Source: Elusimicrobiota bacterium (GTDB lineage: Bacteria > Elusimicrobiota > Elusimicrobia > UBA1565). From it: DNA of 61,365 nucleotides. The stretch lies in assembly GCA_043827405.1 (NCBI GenBank), contig JBDRPD010000093.1:1-61365 (forward strand), given 5' to 3'. Below, piece by piece: positions 44,108 to 52,747 of the stretch. The first letter of the stretch is position 1. The number at the start of each line of letters is the position of its first letter. A program made the position numbers and the translations under genes. Below the pieces are notes generated by a model. That model was not told where the DNA came from, ran no database searches, and saw nothing but the letters and a program-made list of their open reading frames with translations.

Positions 44108-45535
44108 ATGGCCGGCACGGAATCCAAAACTCCAGATCTGGATCTGAAAAAGGGCTATGCCGAAAAGTACGGCTTCCACGACAAGGAGAAATTCTTTCAC
44201 AAGCCCAAGAAGGGGCTTAACCGGAAGGTGGTCGAAGAGATTTCCTGGCTCAAAAAGGAGCCGGACTGGATGCGCCAAAAGCGGCTTGCAGCCTACGATA
44301 TCTTCACCGCCAAGCCGCTGCCGACCTGGGGCAACTGCGAGCTGATCAACAAGATCGATTTCTCCGAAATCTACTACTACCTCAAGCCGAGCAGCAAGAC
44401 CGAGAAAAAATGGGAGGACGTGCCGGAGAAGATTCGCTACACCTTCGAGCGGCTCGGCATCCCGGAAGCCGAGCGCAAGTTCCTCGCCGGGGTCACCGCG
44501 CAGTACGATTCCGAAGCCGTCTATCATCAGGTCGACAAGGAGCTCAAGAAGAGCGGGGTGATTTTTACCGACATGGATACGGGGCTGCGCGAGTTTCCCG
44601 ATATCATCAAGGAGCATTTTGGCACCATTATCCCGGCGACCGACAATAAGTTCGCGGCGCTCAATACCGCGGTGTGGTCGGGCGGCTCCTTCGTCTACGT
44701 CCCCAAGGGCGCCAAGGTCACCATGCCGCTGCAGGCCTATTTCCGGATCAATGCCGCCAATGCGGGACAGTTCGAGCGGACCTTGATCCTGGCCGAGGAG
44801 GGGTCCGAGGTGCACTATATCGAGGGCTGCACGGCGCCGAGCCTGTCGGAAGACGCCCTGCATTCCGCCGTCGTCGAGCTTATCGCTCGCCCGGGGTCCC
44901 ATATCCGCTACACCACGATTCAGAACTGGGCCGACAACGTCTACAACCTCGTCACCAAGCGCGCGATGGCGTACGAGGATTCGCTGGTCGAATGGGTGGA
45001 CGGCAATATCGGCTCCAAGCTGACGATGAAGTTCCCGGCCGTTTACCTCGTCGGGAAAGGCGCGCGCGCCGACATCCTGTCCTGCGCCTTCGCGGGCAGC
45101 GGCCAGCATCAGGATACCGGGGGCAAGCTCATCTTCGCGGCGCCGCATACCTCCGGAAACATCGTGTCGAAATCGGTCAGCATGGGCGGCGGCCGTGCGA
45201 GCTATCGTGGTCTGGTCAAGGTCTACCCGCAGGCGCACGACGCCAAGGTGAACGTGCGCTGCGATGCGCTGCTGCTGGACGACCGCTCGCGCTCCGACAC
45301 CTATCCGACCATGGAGATCGACGGCAAGCGCGCGCAGGTCGGGCATGAAGCCTCGGTCGCCAAGATAGGCGACGAGCAGCTTTTCTACCTGCGCAGCCGC
45401 GGGCTGTCGGAAACCGACGCGGTATCCATGATCGTCAATGGCTTTTTCGAAGCCTTTACCAAGGAACTGCCGCTCGAGTATTCGGTGGAGATGAACCGGT
45501 TGATTCAGCTGGAGATGGAGGGATCGGTAGGATGA
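44108..45535 (+). CDS. sufB: Fe-S cluster assembly protein SufB
   Basis: GQFERTLI, HYIEGCTAP, LHSAVVE, YNLVTKRA, HEASV, ELPLEYSVE. Confidence 0.98.
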   Translation: MAGTESKTPDLDLKKGYAEKYGFHDKEKFFHKPKKGLNRKVVEEISWLKKEPDWMRQKRLAAYDIFTAKPLPTWGNCELINKIDFSEIYYYLKPSSKTEKKWEDVPEKIRYTFERLGIPEAERKFLAGVTAQYDSEAVYHQVDKELKKSGVIFTDMDTGLREFPDIIKEHFGTIIPATDNKFAALNTAVWSGGSFVYVPKGAKVTMPLQAYFRINAANAGQFERTLILAEEGSEVHYIEGCTAPSLSEDALHSAVVELIARPGSHIRYTTIQNWADNVYNLVTKRAMAYEDSLVEWVDGNIGSKLTMKFPAVYLVGKGARADILSCAFAGSGQHQDTGGKLIFAAPHTSGNIVSKSVSMGGGRASYRGLVKVYPQAHDAKVNVRCDALLLDDRSRSDTYPTMEIDGKRAQVGHEASVAKIGDEQLFYLRSRGLSETDAVSMIVNGFFEAFTKELPLEYSVEMNRLIQLEMEGSVG

Positions 45536-46716
45536 GCGGCACGACGGCATGGCTTAACGAAGCGCGCGAGCGCGCTTGGGAGACGTTCGGACGCACCGCG
45601 GCGCCGGCCAAGACGACGGAGACCTGGCGGCGCCTGCCCTTCGAGAACTGGCGCATCGACCGCTTGACCGAGAACGACGCCCTTGCCGTTTCGGGCGTCG
45701 AGGACGGCGTGCGCCGGGCGATCGAAAAAGCGGGAGGAGAGCTGCTGGCGCTCGAGGAGGCCGCACAGAAGTACCCGGATATTGTTCGGCCCTATCTCGA
45801 CGCACCGACGGCTTCCGCGGATTTTCGCAAGTTTGAGAGCGCCAACCTCGCGCTGTGGCGCGGCGGCGTATTCCTCCGCGTTCCCCGGGGCGTGCGTATC
45901 GAGGAGCCGGTCCATATTACTTTCCGGCATGACCAGGCCAAGCCGTTCGCTTTCCCCCGGGCGCTGATCCGCGTCGAAGAGGGCGCCGAGGTGACGGTAG
46001 TGGAAGAGCATGTCAGCCGGGAGGGGGAGTCGGCGCAGGCCCCCGTATCGGCCGCATTCTCACAGGTGACCGTGGGCAACGGCGCCCGGCTGCGCTTCTA
46101 CAGCAGCCAGGATTTGGCTATGGATGCGGTGCACTTCAGTCACCAACGCATCGAGCTCGGCCGCGACTCCAAGCTGGAGCACTATTCGGTCATGCTCGGC
46201 GCCCGCCGCCACAAGAGCGAGCTGCAGGTCGTCCTCGGCGGGGCGGGAGCGGAGAGCGAGATCCGCGGCGTGCTGCTGGCGCGGGGCAGTCAATTCTTCG
46301 ATCCGCATACCCAGCAGCTGCATGTCGCGCCGCGGACCCGCAGCAATCTGCTGTTTCGCGCCGCGGTGCGCGATAAATCGCGTTCGATTTACACCGGGCT
46401 GATTCGCATCGAGCGGGAGGCGCCGGACTGCGAAGCCTATCAGACCAACCGCAACCTGCTGATCTCCGACGAAGCGCGCGCCGACAGCACGCCGGTCCTC
46501 GAGATTATGCCGGATGCCGTTAGGTGCCAGCATGGATCGGCCTCCGGCCCGGTGAACCAGGAGGAACTGTTCTATTTGGCTTCGCGGGGCATTCCGGAGC
46601 AGGAAGCCATGCGCATGCTGATCCTGGGATTTTTTGACCCCATTCTGTCGAGCTTCCCGCTCCCGGAACTGCGTGATCGTCTGCGCGAGAAGGTCGAGCG
46701 CGAGGCCGTCCGATGA
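45532..46716 (+). CDS. sufD: Fe-S cluster assembly protein SufD
   Basis: ETWRR, YQTNRNLL, ARADSTPVLEI, VRCQHGS, LFYLASRGI. Confidence 0.94.
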   Translation: MSGTTAWLNEARERAWETFGRTAAPAKTTETWRRLPFENWRIDRLTENDALAVSGVEDGVRRAIEKAGGELLALEEAAQKYPDIVRPYLDAPTASADFRKFESANLALWRGGVFLRVPRGVRIEEPVHITFRHDQAKPFAFPRALIRVEEGAEVTVVEEHVSREGESAQAPVSAAFSQVTVGNGARLRFYSSQDLAMDAVHFSHQRIELGRDSKLEHYSVMLGARRHKSELQVVLGGAGAESEIRGVLLARGSQFFDPHTQQLHVAPRTRSNLLFRAAVRDKSRSIYTGLIRIEREAPDCEAYQTNRNLLISDEARADSTPVLEIMPDAVRCQHGSASGPVNQEELFYLASRGIPEQEAMRMLILGFFDPILSSFPLPELRDRLREKVEREAVR

Positions 46717-47021
46717 CCGCGGACGCCGCCGTCGCGAAGGCCGCGGATATCGCGCCGGGAAAGGTAAAGGTGGTCGCGGTCGGCGAGCTCCGGATCGCGC
46801 TGTGCAACGTCGAGGGGACGTTCTACGCGGTGGAGGATGTGTGCACGCACGACGACGGCCCTCTCGGCGAGGGCGCGCTCGAGGGCTGCCGCATCAAGTG
46901 TCCGCGCCACGGCGCTCTATTTGACGTCAAGACGGGCGCGGCCGTGAGCATGCCGGCCATCGTGCCGGTGCGGACGTTCCCGGTCAAGGTCAAAGCGGGC
47001 GAAATCTACATCAAGGTATAG
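46713..47021 (+). CDS. Rieske [2Fe-2S] ferredoxin
   Basis: CTH...CPRHG Rieske ligands. Confidence 0.93.
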   Translation: MTADAAVAKAADIAPGKVKVVAVGELRIALCNVEGTFYAVEDVCTHDDGPLGEGALEGCRIKCPRHGALFDVKTGAAVSMPAIVPVRTFPVKVKAGEIYIKV

Positions 47022-47025
47022 GCTT

Positions 47026-48273
47026 ATGGCATTCGACGTCGAGAAGATACGCAAAGACTTCCCCATCCTGTCGCGCCAGGTTCGCGGCAAGCCGCTGATC
47101 TATCTCGACAGCGCGGCCACGTCCCAGAAGCCCACGGTGGTTATTGAGGCGTTGTCGCGGTTTTACCGGGAGTGCAACTCGAATATCCATCGGGGAGTGC
47201 ACGCGCTCGCCGAGGAGGCCGAGCGGCATGTCGACGAGACGCGGCGCAAGACGATGGAGTTTATCGGCGCGAAGTCCACGTCGTCCGTGATCTTCACGCG
47301 CAATACCACCGAGTCGATCAATCTGGTGGCTTATGCCTGGGGGCGGAAGTTCCTCAAGGAGGGCGACGAGATCCTGCTCACCGAGCTCGAGCACCATTCC
47401 AATCTCATCCCGTGGCAGATGCTGGCCAAGGAGAAGGGCGTTCGCCTGGGTTTTGTCCCCATTGAGAAAGACGGCTCGATAACGCTGGAGGCGGCGCGCG
47501 GCGCCTTCACCCCCCGGACCAAGCTGTTCGCCTTCACCGCGATGTCGAACGCGCTGGGGACCATCGTTCCGGTGCGGGAGTTTTGCGCCTTGGCGCGCGG
47601 GAACGGAGCCGTCTCTTTGGTCGACGGAGCGCAGTGGGTGCCGCACCTGAAGACGGACGTGGGCGAGTTCGGCTGTGATTTTCTGGCGTTCTCCGCGCAC
47701 AAGATGCTCGGCCCGACCGGTCTCGGCGTGCTGTACGGCAACGAGACGCTGCTCGATGCCATGGACCCCTTCCTCGGCGGCGGCGACATGATTCAGGATG
47801 TGTGGTACGACCGGGCGACCTTCAATAAGCTGCCCTACAAGTTTGAGGCGGGCACGCCCAATATCGCCGATACGGCCGCGTTTTCCGCCGCGCTCGACTA
47901 TCTCGGGGCGATCGGCTTCGACGATATGCGCCGCCATGAGGAGCTGCTCACGCGCCGGGCGATGGAGATTCTTGAGGCCGAGCCCTGCGTTACGTCATTC
48001 GGGCCCAAGGAGGCCGAGCGCCGGGGCGGCGTCGTCTCATTCAATGTGGGCGATCTGCACCCGCACGACGTCGGACAGGTCTTCGATATGGACGGGATAG
48101 CGGTGCGGGTCGGCCACCACTGCTGCCAGCCGCTGATGCGGAAGTTCGATGTGGGCGGCACCGCGCGGGCGAGCTTCTATTTCTACAACACCCTCGAGGA
48201 GGTCGAAGCCTTCGGGCGCGGGCTGCGCCGGATCAAGGAGTTTTTCAAGATCGGCACGGAGGTCAAGGTCTGA
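47026..48273 (+). CDS. sufS: Cysteine desulfurase (SufS)
   Basis: YLDSAATSQKP, EHHSN, FSAHKMLGPTG, EAGTP, RVGHHCCQP. Confidence 0.97.
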   Translation: MAFDVEKIRKDFPILSRQVRGKPLIYLDSAATSQKPTVVIEALSRFYRECNSNIHRGVHALAEEAERHVDETRRKTMEFIGAKSTSSVIFTRNTTESINLVAYAWGRKFLKEGDEILLTELEHHSNLIPWQMLAKEKGVRLGFVPIEKDGSITLEAARGAFTPRTKLFAFTAMSNALGTIVPVREFCALARGNGAVSLVDGAQWVPHLKTDVGEFGCDFLAFSAHKMLGPTGLGVLYGNETLLDAMDPFLGGGDMIQDVWYDRATFNKLPYKFEAGTPNIADTAAFSAALDYLGAIGFDDMRRHEELLTRRAMEILEAEPCVTSFGPKEAERRGGVVSFNVGDLHPHDVGQVFDMDGIAVRVGHHCCQPLMRKFDVGGTARASFYFYNTLEEVEAFGRGLRRIKEFFKIGTEVKV

Positions 48274-48755
48274 TGGCCGATGGGGACGCCGAGCTGCAGG
48301 ACCTCTACCGCGACGTGCTTATCGACTATTTCCGCGACGGCACGCATAAGGGCGAGCTGCCGGACGCCGATATCCGCGCCCATGGCGCGAACCCCACCTG
48401 CGGCGACGAGATCAAGATCACGATCGTGCGCCGCGGTGATGTGATCGAGGGGATTCGCTTCGCGGGCCACGGCTGCGTCATCAGCCAGGCGTCTTCAGCC
48501 ATGATGTGCGAGGCGGTCGAAGGCCGGACAACCGCAGAGGCGCGCGGCTTCGTCGCGGCCTTTCGCGCCATGATGGTCGAGAATCTGCCGGCGGACCGCC
48601 TGCCGGAGGCGCTCGGCGAGCTGGAGGCGCTTGAGGGAGTGCGCAAGTTCCCCATCCGGGTCAAGTGCGCGCTGCTCTCCTGGATAACCCTGCTGCAGGG
48701 GCTTGACGACGCCATCGCGGGAAAGGCGCAAAGCGAATATACGGAGACCGCATGA
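48273..48755 (+). CDS. sufU: SufU/NifU-like sulfur-transfer protein
   Basis: NPTCGD, GCVISQAS, RVKCALL. Confidence 0.93.
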   Translation: MADGDAELQDLYRDVLIDYFRDGTHKGELPDADIRAHGANPTCGDEIKITIVRRGDVIEGIRFAGHGCVISQASSAMMCEAVEGRTTAEARGFVAAFRAMMVENLPADRLPEALGELEALEGVRKFPIRVKCALLSWITLLQGLDDAIAGKAQSEYTETA

Positions 48756-49096
48756 ACGGCGCGGCCGAAATCGCCGAGGTGACCTTTCCGCAGATTGGTG
48801 CGGCGCTCGCCCCCATCCAGGATCCGGAGATCCATATCGGGATAACCGAACTGGGGCTGATTTATGGGGCCGAGATCCTGCCGCGCGCCGCGGGCAAGGG
48901 CCGCAAGGTCCGGCTCACCATGAGCCTGACTTCGCCCGCCTGCCCGTACGGCCCGATGCTCCTGGCCTCCGTGCATGACGCGCTGGCGAAGCTCCCCGGC
49001 GTCGAGGATGTTAAGGTGGATCTGGCGTTCGATCCGCTATGGGACCCGCGGACGATGGCGAGCGAGGAAGCGATGGACGTGCTGGGAATTTTTTAA
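48752..49096 (+). CDS. DUF59/SufT-like Fe-S assembly protein
   Basis: DPEIHIGITELGLIY, LTSPACP, FDPLW. Confidence 0.92.
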   Translation: MNGAAEIAEVTFPQIGAALAPIQDPEIHIGITELGLIYGAEILPRAAGKGRKVRLTMSLTSPACPYGPMLLASVHDALAKLPGVEDVKVDLAFDPLWDPRTMASEEAMDVLGIF

Positions 49097-49112
49097 CAGG
49101 GAGAGGGCCGCC

Positions 49113-49568
49113 ATGCTGAAGATATCGAGTTCGGTCGAATACGGCAGCCGGGTGATCGTTCACCTCGCGGCCCAGGACCCGCAGGATCCGCTTACGGCCG
49201 AAAAGATCGCCGCCTCCGAGAATATTCCCCGGGATTACGTTGATCAGCTGCTTATGCGGCTGCGGCGCGCCGGGCTGGTGATCAGCCGCCGCGGCGCGCG
49301 CGGCGGCTATCTGCTGGCCAAGCCCACCAAGGAAATTTCGGTGGGCAGCGTTATGCGGGCGGTTGACGCCGGCGTCTTCGAGTCCATTTGCGAGAAGTAT
49401 GCCGAGGGCGACCAGCAATGCAGCCGCGCCAGCGACTGCGGTATCCGGCCGGTATGGCAGCGCTTGGGCGTGCTGATTGAGAAATTTCTCGACAGCGTGT
49501 CGATCACCGAGCTGCAGGCGACCGAATCCCGCGTCGCCAAGCTGTTCGCCGACGTCGAGAAGCCTTAA
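49113..49568 (+). CDS. Rrf2-family transcriptional regulator (IscR-like)
   Basis: SVEYGSR, LRRAGLVISRRGARGGYLL, three Cys (ICE...QCS...DCGIRPVW); ATG at 49113 after GGGAGAGGG. Confidence 0.92.
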   Translation: MLKISSSVEYGSRVIVHLAAQDPQDPLTAEKIAASENIPRDYVDQLLMRLRRAGLVISRRGARGGYLLAKPTKEISVGSVMRAVDAGVFESICEKYAEGDQQCSRASDCGIRPVWQRLGVLIEKFLDSVSITELQATESRVAKLFADVEKP

Positions 49569-49578
49569 AGGGCCGAAC

Positions 49579-50400
49579 GTGTCGAAGAAGATCGACCTGC
49601 ATACGCATTCCACGTATTCCGACGGAACTTTATCGCCGGCCGAGCTGGTAAAGGTCTCCCATAAGCATGGGGCGGAAGCGCTCATCCTTAGTGATCACGA
49701 CAGCGTCAGCGGCTGCGGCGAGGCTGCGGCCGAGGCGGCTAAGCGGGGTCTGCGCTTCGCGTGCGGGGTGGAGATTAATACGCGGGAAAGTGATGTGCAC
49801 GTGCTGGGCTACGGCTTCGCGGCGTTTTCCGCTGAGTTCTCCAAGCACCTCGCGTCCTTTCGCGGGTGCCGGGAGGAGCGCGTCCGCCGCATTCTCGATA
49901 AGCTGCACGGTTTGGGTGTCGAGCTTACTTATGAGGAAGTGACCCGGCAGGTGAAGGAGTCCGTGGGGCGGCCGCATGTGGCGGACGCCCTGATTCGCGG
50001 CAAGATCGTTCGCTCGCGCCGTGAGGCTTTCCATAAATTCCTCGGGCAGGGGGCGGCGGCCTATGTCGAGCGCCTGGGACCCAACATCCAAGAGGCCATC
50101 GCCGCGATCCGGGACGCCGGCGGCTGGGCGGCGCTGGCGCATCCGTATACGACGCCTTTCGAGGGGAGAATTGAGAGCTGGGTCGATGCCGGTCTGCAGG
50201 GGATCGAGGTCTATTACATGAACCATACCCGCCGGCAGATCGAGCGGCTGGTCGAGGTGGCGCGGCGTTACGGTCTCAGGATGACGGGCGGTTCCGATTT
50301 CCATGGCCCCAGGACGGGGCGCGATACGCCGGGTCCGGTGGAGGTTGCCGACGATGTTTTCGCGGCAATCGAGGACAGTTTGCGCCTCTCGGAGGTATGA
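49579..50400 (+). CDS. PHP-domain phosphoesterase (TrpH/YciV-like)
   Basis: DLHTHSTYSDG, SDHD, GVEI, GRPH, LAHP, GGSDFHG; GTG start. Confidence 0.92.
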   Translation: MSKKIDLHTHSTYSDGTLSPAELVKVSHKHGAEALILSDHDSVSGCGEAAAEAAKRGLRFACGVEINTRESDVHVLGYGFAAFSAEFSKHLASFRGCREERVRRILDKLHGLGVELTYEEVTRQVKESVGRPHVADALIRGKIVRSRREAFHKFLGQGAAAYVERLGPNIQEAIAAIRDAGGWAALAHPYTTPFEGRIESWVDAGLQGIEVYYMNHTRRQIERLVEVARRYGLRMTGGSDFHGPRTGRDTPGPVEVADDVFAAIEDSLRLSEV

Positions 50401-50404
50401 AAAG

Positions 50405-51124
50405 TTGAAGATCGCCGCGCACCGGGGAGCATCGGGCGACCGCCCGGAAAACACGCTGGCCGCCTTCCGGCGGGCCCTCGAGCAGGGCTGCCGGGCCTTT
50501 GAGTGCGATGTGCGGCAGACCAAAGACGGCGAGCTGGTGCTCAGCCATGACCCCGATCTGAAGCGCACCGCGGGGGTGAATGCGGAGATCGGCGCGCGAA
50601 CCTACGCCGAGCTCGCGCGGCATGACGTCGGCGCGTGGTTCGGCGAGCGCTTCCGCGGCGAGCGGCTGGCGCGCTTTGCGGATTTGCTCAAGCTGCTTCC
50701 GCCGGAGGTCGAGCTGCATGTCGACATCAAGCAGGCAGAGCCGCCGTATGCCGGAATCGAAGGACGTATTTTACGCGCTCTGCGTGAGCGCGGCGAGTGG
50801 AAGACGCGTACCACCTTCTCCAGCACCGACGCGGCGACGCTCGAGCGGCTGGCCGCCGCCGAAGACGGACTCCGGCTGGGCTACCAGCCGCGCCTGACGC
50901 CCATCGATGAGGCGTTTTCGATCGCCGAAAGGCTGCGGCCCGAGAGCCTGCGGCTCAATCTTGAACGTCTGACTCCGGACTGGCTCACGCGGGCGCGGGC
51001 GCGGGATTTTCTGGTATATATATATACCGTGAACACCCGCGAGGATTTCGCCCGCATGCGGGCCCTGAATATCGATTTGGTCTTCTCCAACTATCCCGCG
51101 ATGGTGGGGGCGGCCGAGTTATGA
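50405..51124 (+). CDS. Glycerophosphodiester phosphodiesterase
   Basis: IAAHRGAS...PENTLAAF, ECDVRQTKDG, SHD, YTVN; TTG start after GGAGGT. Confidence 0.92.
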   Translation: MKIAAHRGASGDRPENTLAAFRRALEQGCRAFECDVRQTKDGELVLSHDPDLKRTAGVNAEIGARTYAELARHDVGAWFGERFRGERLARFADLLKLLPPEVELHVDIKQAEPPYAGIEGRILRALRERGEWKTRTTFSSTDAATLERLAAAEDGLRLGYQPRLTPIDEAFSIAERLRPESLRLNLERLTPDWLTRARARDFLVYIYTVNTREDFARMRALNIDLVFSNYPAMVGAAEL

Positions 51125-52167
51125 AGGCGGATAATCCGACGGCCGCGCAGATCGACGCCGAGATCGACCGTTTGGAAGAGCGCGGCCTGCCTTCGATCGG
51201 CTACTCCGAGCAGGATCTTGAGCGGCTCGCCGTCCTGACGCTGAAGATCAACGCTCTCAAGAAGCTTAAGAAGATCGTCATCCCGGCGCATGTCTACCAG
51301 CGCGCCGAGATCCTCGCCGGAGTCGCGGATTTCAGCGGCGATTCCTACAAGCTCGCCAAGGACTGCTCCGGCGTCGACGCTCGCGGCATCGTCTTTTGCG
51401 GCGTGCGCTTCATGGCCGAGACGGCCAAAATTCTCAACCCGGAGAAGGACGTCTACCTGCCCGCCGCGGAAGCCGGGTGCACGCTGGCCGATGCGATCAC
51501 AGCGGCCGACGTGCGGCGGCTCAAGAAGAAGCACCCCGGCCTGCCGGTCGTCAGCTATATCAATACCACGGCGGAAGTGAAGGCCGAAAGCGATATTATC
51601 GTGACCAGTGCCAATGCCGTGCGCATCCTGCGCTGGATGTACGACCGCCACCCGCGCCTGATCTTTCTGCCGGACGCGTATATGGGACGCAATCTCGCCG
51701 ACGAGCTCGGCAAGCGCGTCGGCCGCGACATGATTATTTGGGACGGGAAGTGTGTCGTGCACGAGAACTTCGACGCCTCGTCGGTGCGCTACTACCGCAA
51801 GGTTTACCCCGGCGTCAAGGTCCTGGCGCATGCCGAATGCAGCCCCGCCTTGATTCATGTCGTGGACTTCGTGGGCGGCACGGGCGATATGATGCGCTAT
51901 GTCCGGGAGACCCAGGCGCCGAACTATATGCTGGTCACGGAGTGCGGGCTCGGCGAGCATGCCCGTCTGCTGCTGCCGGAGAAGCGCTTCATTCCGATGT
52001 GCCGCCTATGTCCGTTCATGAAGGCCATCGACCTGCGGCGAATCCTCGCCGTACTGGAGAACCCCCGTCCCGCGCAGTGCATCCACGTGCCCGCCGGCAT
52101 CGCCGACAAGGCCAAGCGCTCGATCGAAAAGATGTTCGAAGTGGCGGACGCCGCCGCCAAGGACTGA
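51121..52167 (+). CDS. nadA: Quinolinate synthase
   Basis: AHVYQ, GDSYKLA, FCGVRFMAETAKIL, AGCTLA, YINT, CVVHE, AHAEC, TECG, CPFMK. Confidence 0.95.
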   Translation: MKADNPTAAQIDAEIDRLEERGLPSIGYSEQDLERLAVLTLKINALKKLKKIVIPAHVYQRAEILAGVADFSGDSYKLAKDCSGVDARGIVFCGVRFMAETAKILNPEKDVYLPAAEAGCTLADAITAADVRRLKKKHPGLPVVSYINTTAEVKAESDIIVTSANAVRILRWMYDRHPRLIFLPDAYMGRNLADELGKRVGRDMIIWDGKCVVHENFDASSVRYYRKVYPGVKVLAHAECSPALIHVVDFVGGTGDMMRYVRETQAPNYMLVTECGLGEHARLLLPEKRFIPMCRLCPFMKAIDLRRILAVLENPRPAQCIHVPAGIADKAKRSIEKMFEVADAAAKD

Positions 52168-52172
52168 CCGTC

Positions 52173-52607
52173 CTAGGCGCTTTTGTCCGCGAGCTGTCCT
52201 TTGCGCTCGTCGGCTTTCTTTTTGAGGTTTACCAGCAGCAGGGCCTGCATGCCGATAAGCTTCTGAAATGAGTCGTGGGGGATGGTTAGAATTTCGGTTC
52301 CGTCTGCGCCGGCCTTGACGCCTGCCGTCGCCGCCGTATCCTCAAGCACCGACATCTCACCGAAGAAGTCGCCGACACCCAGCTTGACGGAGACCGGCTG
52401 CCCCTTGCCGTTCTTGGTGCTGACCACGACCTGGCCTTGTTTGATGATATAGAAGCCGTCGGTGATCTGTCCTTTGAAAACGACGCTCTCGCCGTTCTTG
52501 TAAATGTGGTGCTCGATGTCCGGTGTTACCTTGCGCAGCTGGTCGGGATTGAAGAAGGATAGGATGTCGACCTTGGCATTGAGAAACATCGTATCGTCAT
52601 TGGGCAT
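52173..52607 (-). CDS. Stand-alone cyclic-nucleotide-binding-domain protein
   Basis: FYIIKQGQV, LGVGDFFGEMSVL; no HTH. Confidence 0.88.
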   Translation of the reverse strand: MPNDDTMFLNAKVDILSFFNPDQLRKVTPDIEHHIYKNGESVVFKGQITDGFYIIKQGQVVVSTKNGKGQPVSVKLGVGDFFGEMSVLEDTAATAGVKAGADGTEILTIPHDSFQKLIGMQALLLVNLKKKADERKGQLADKSA

Positions 52608-52747
52608 AGCGGACCTCGGGGGACGTCGTCTGTTGGTTATTATAGCATGGGCGCATGGAGATGATCGTATGGATTCTCGTCGGGGCGCAGCCGCTCGCGG
52701 TGCGCGTGATCGACTGTCCGGTCTAAAATTTCTACTATCCTATACGT

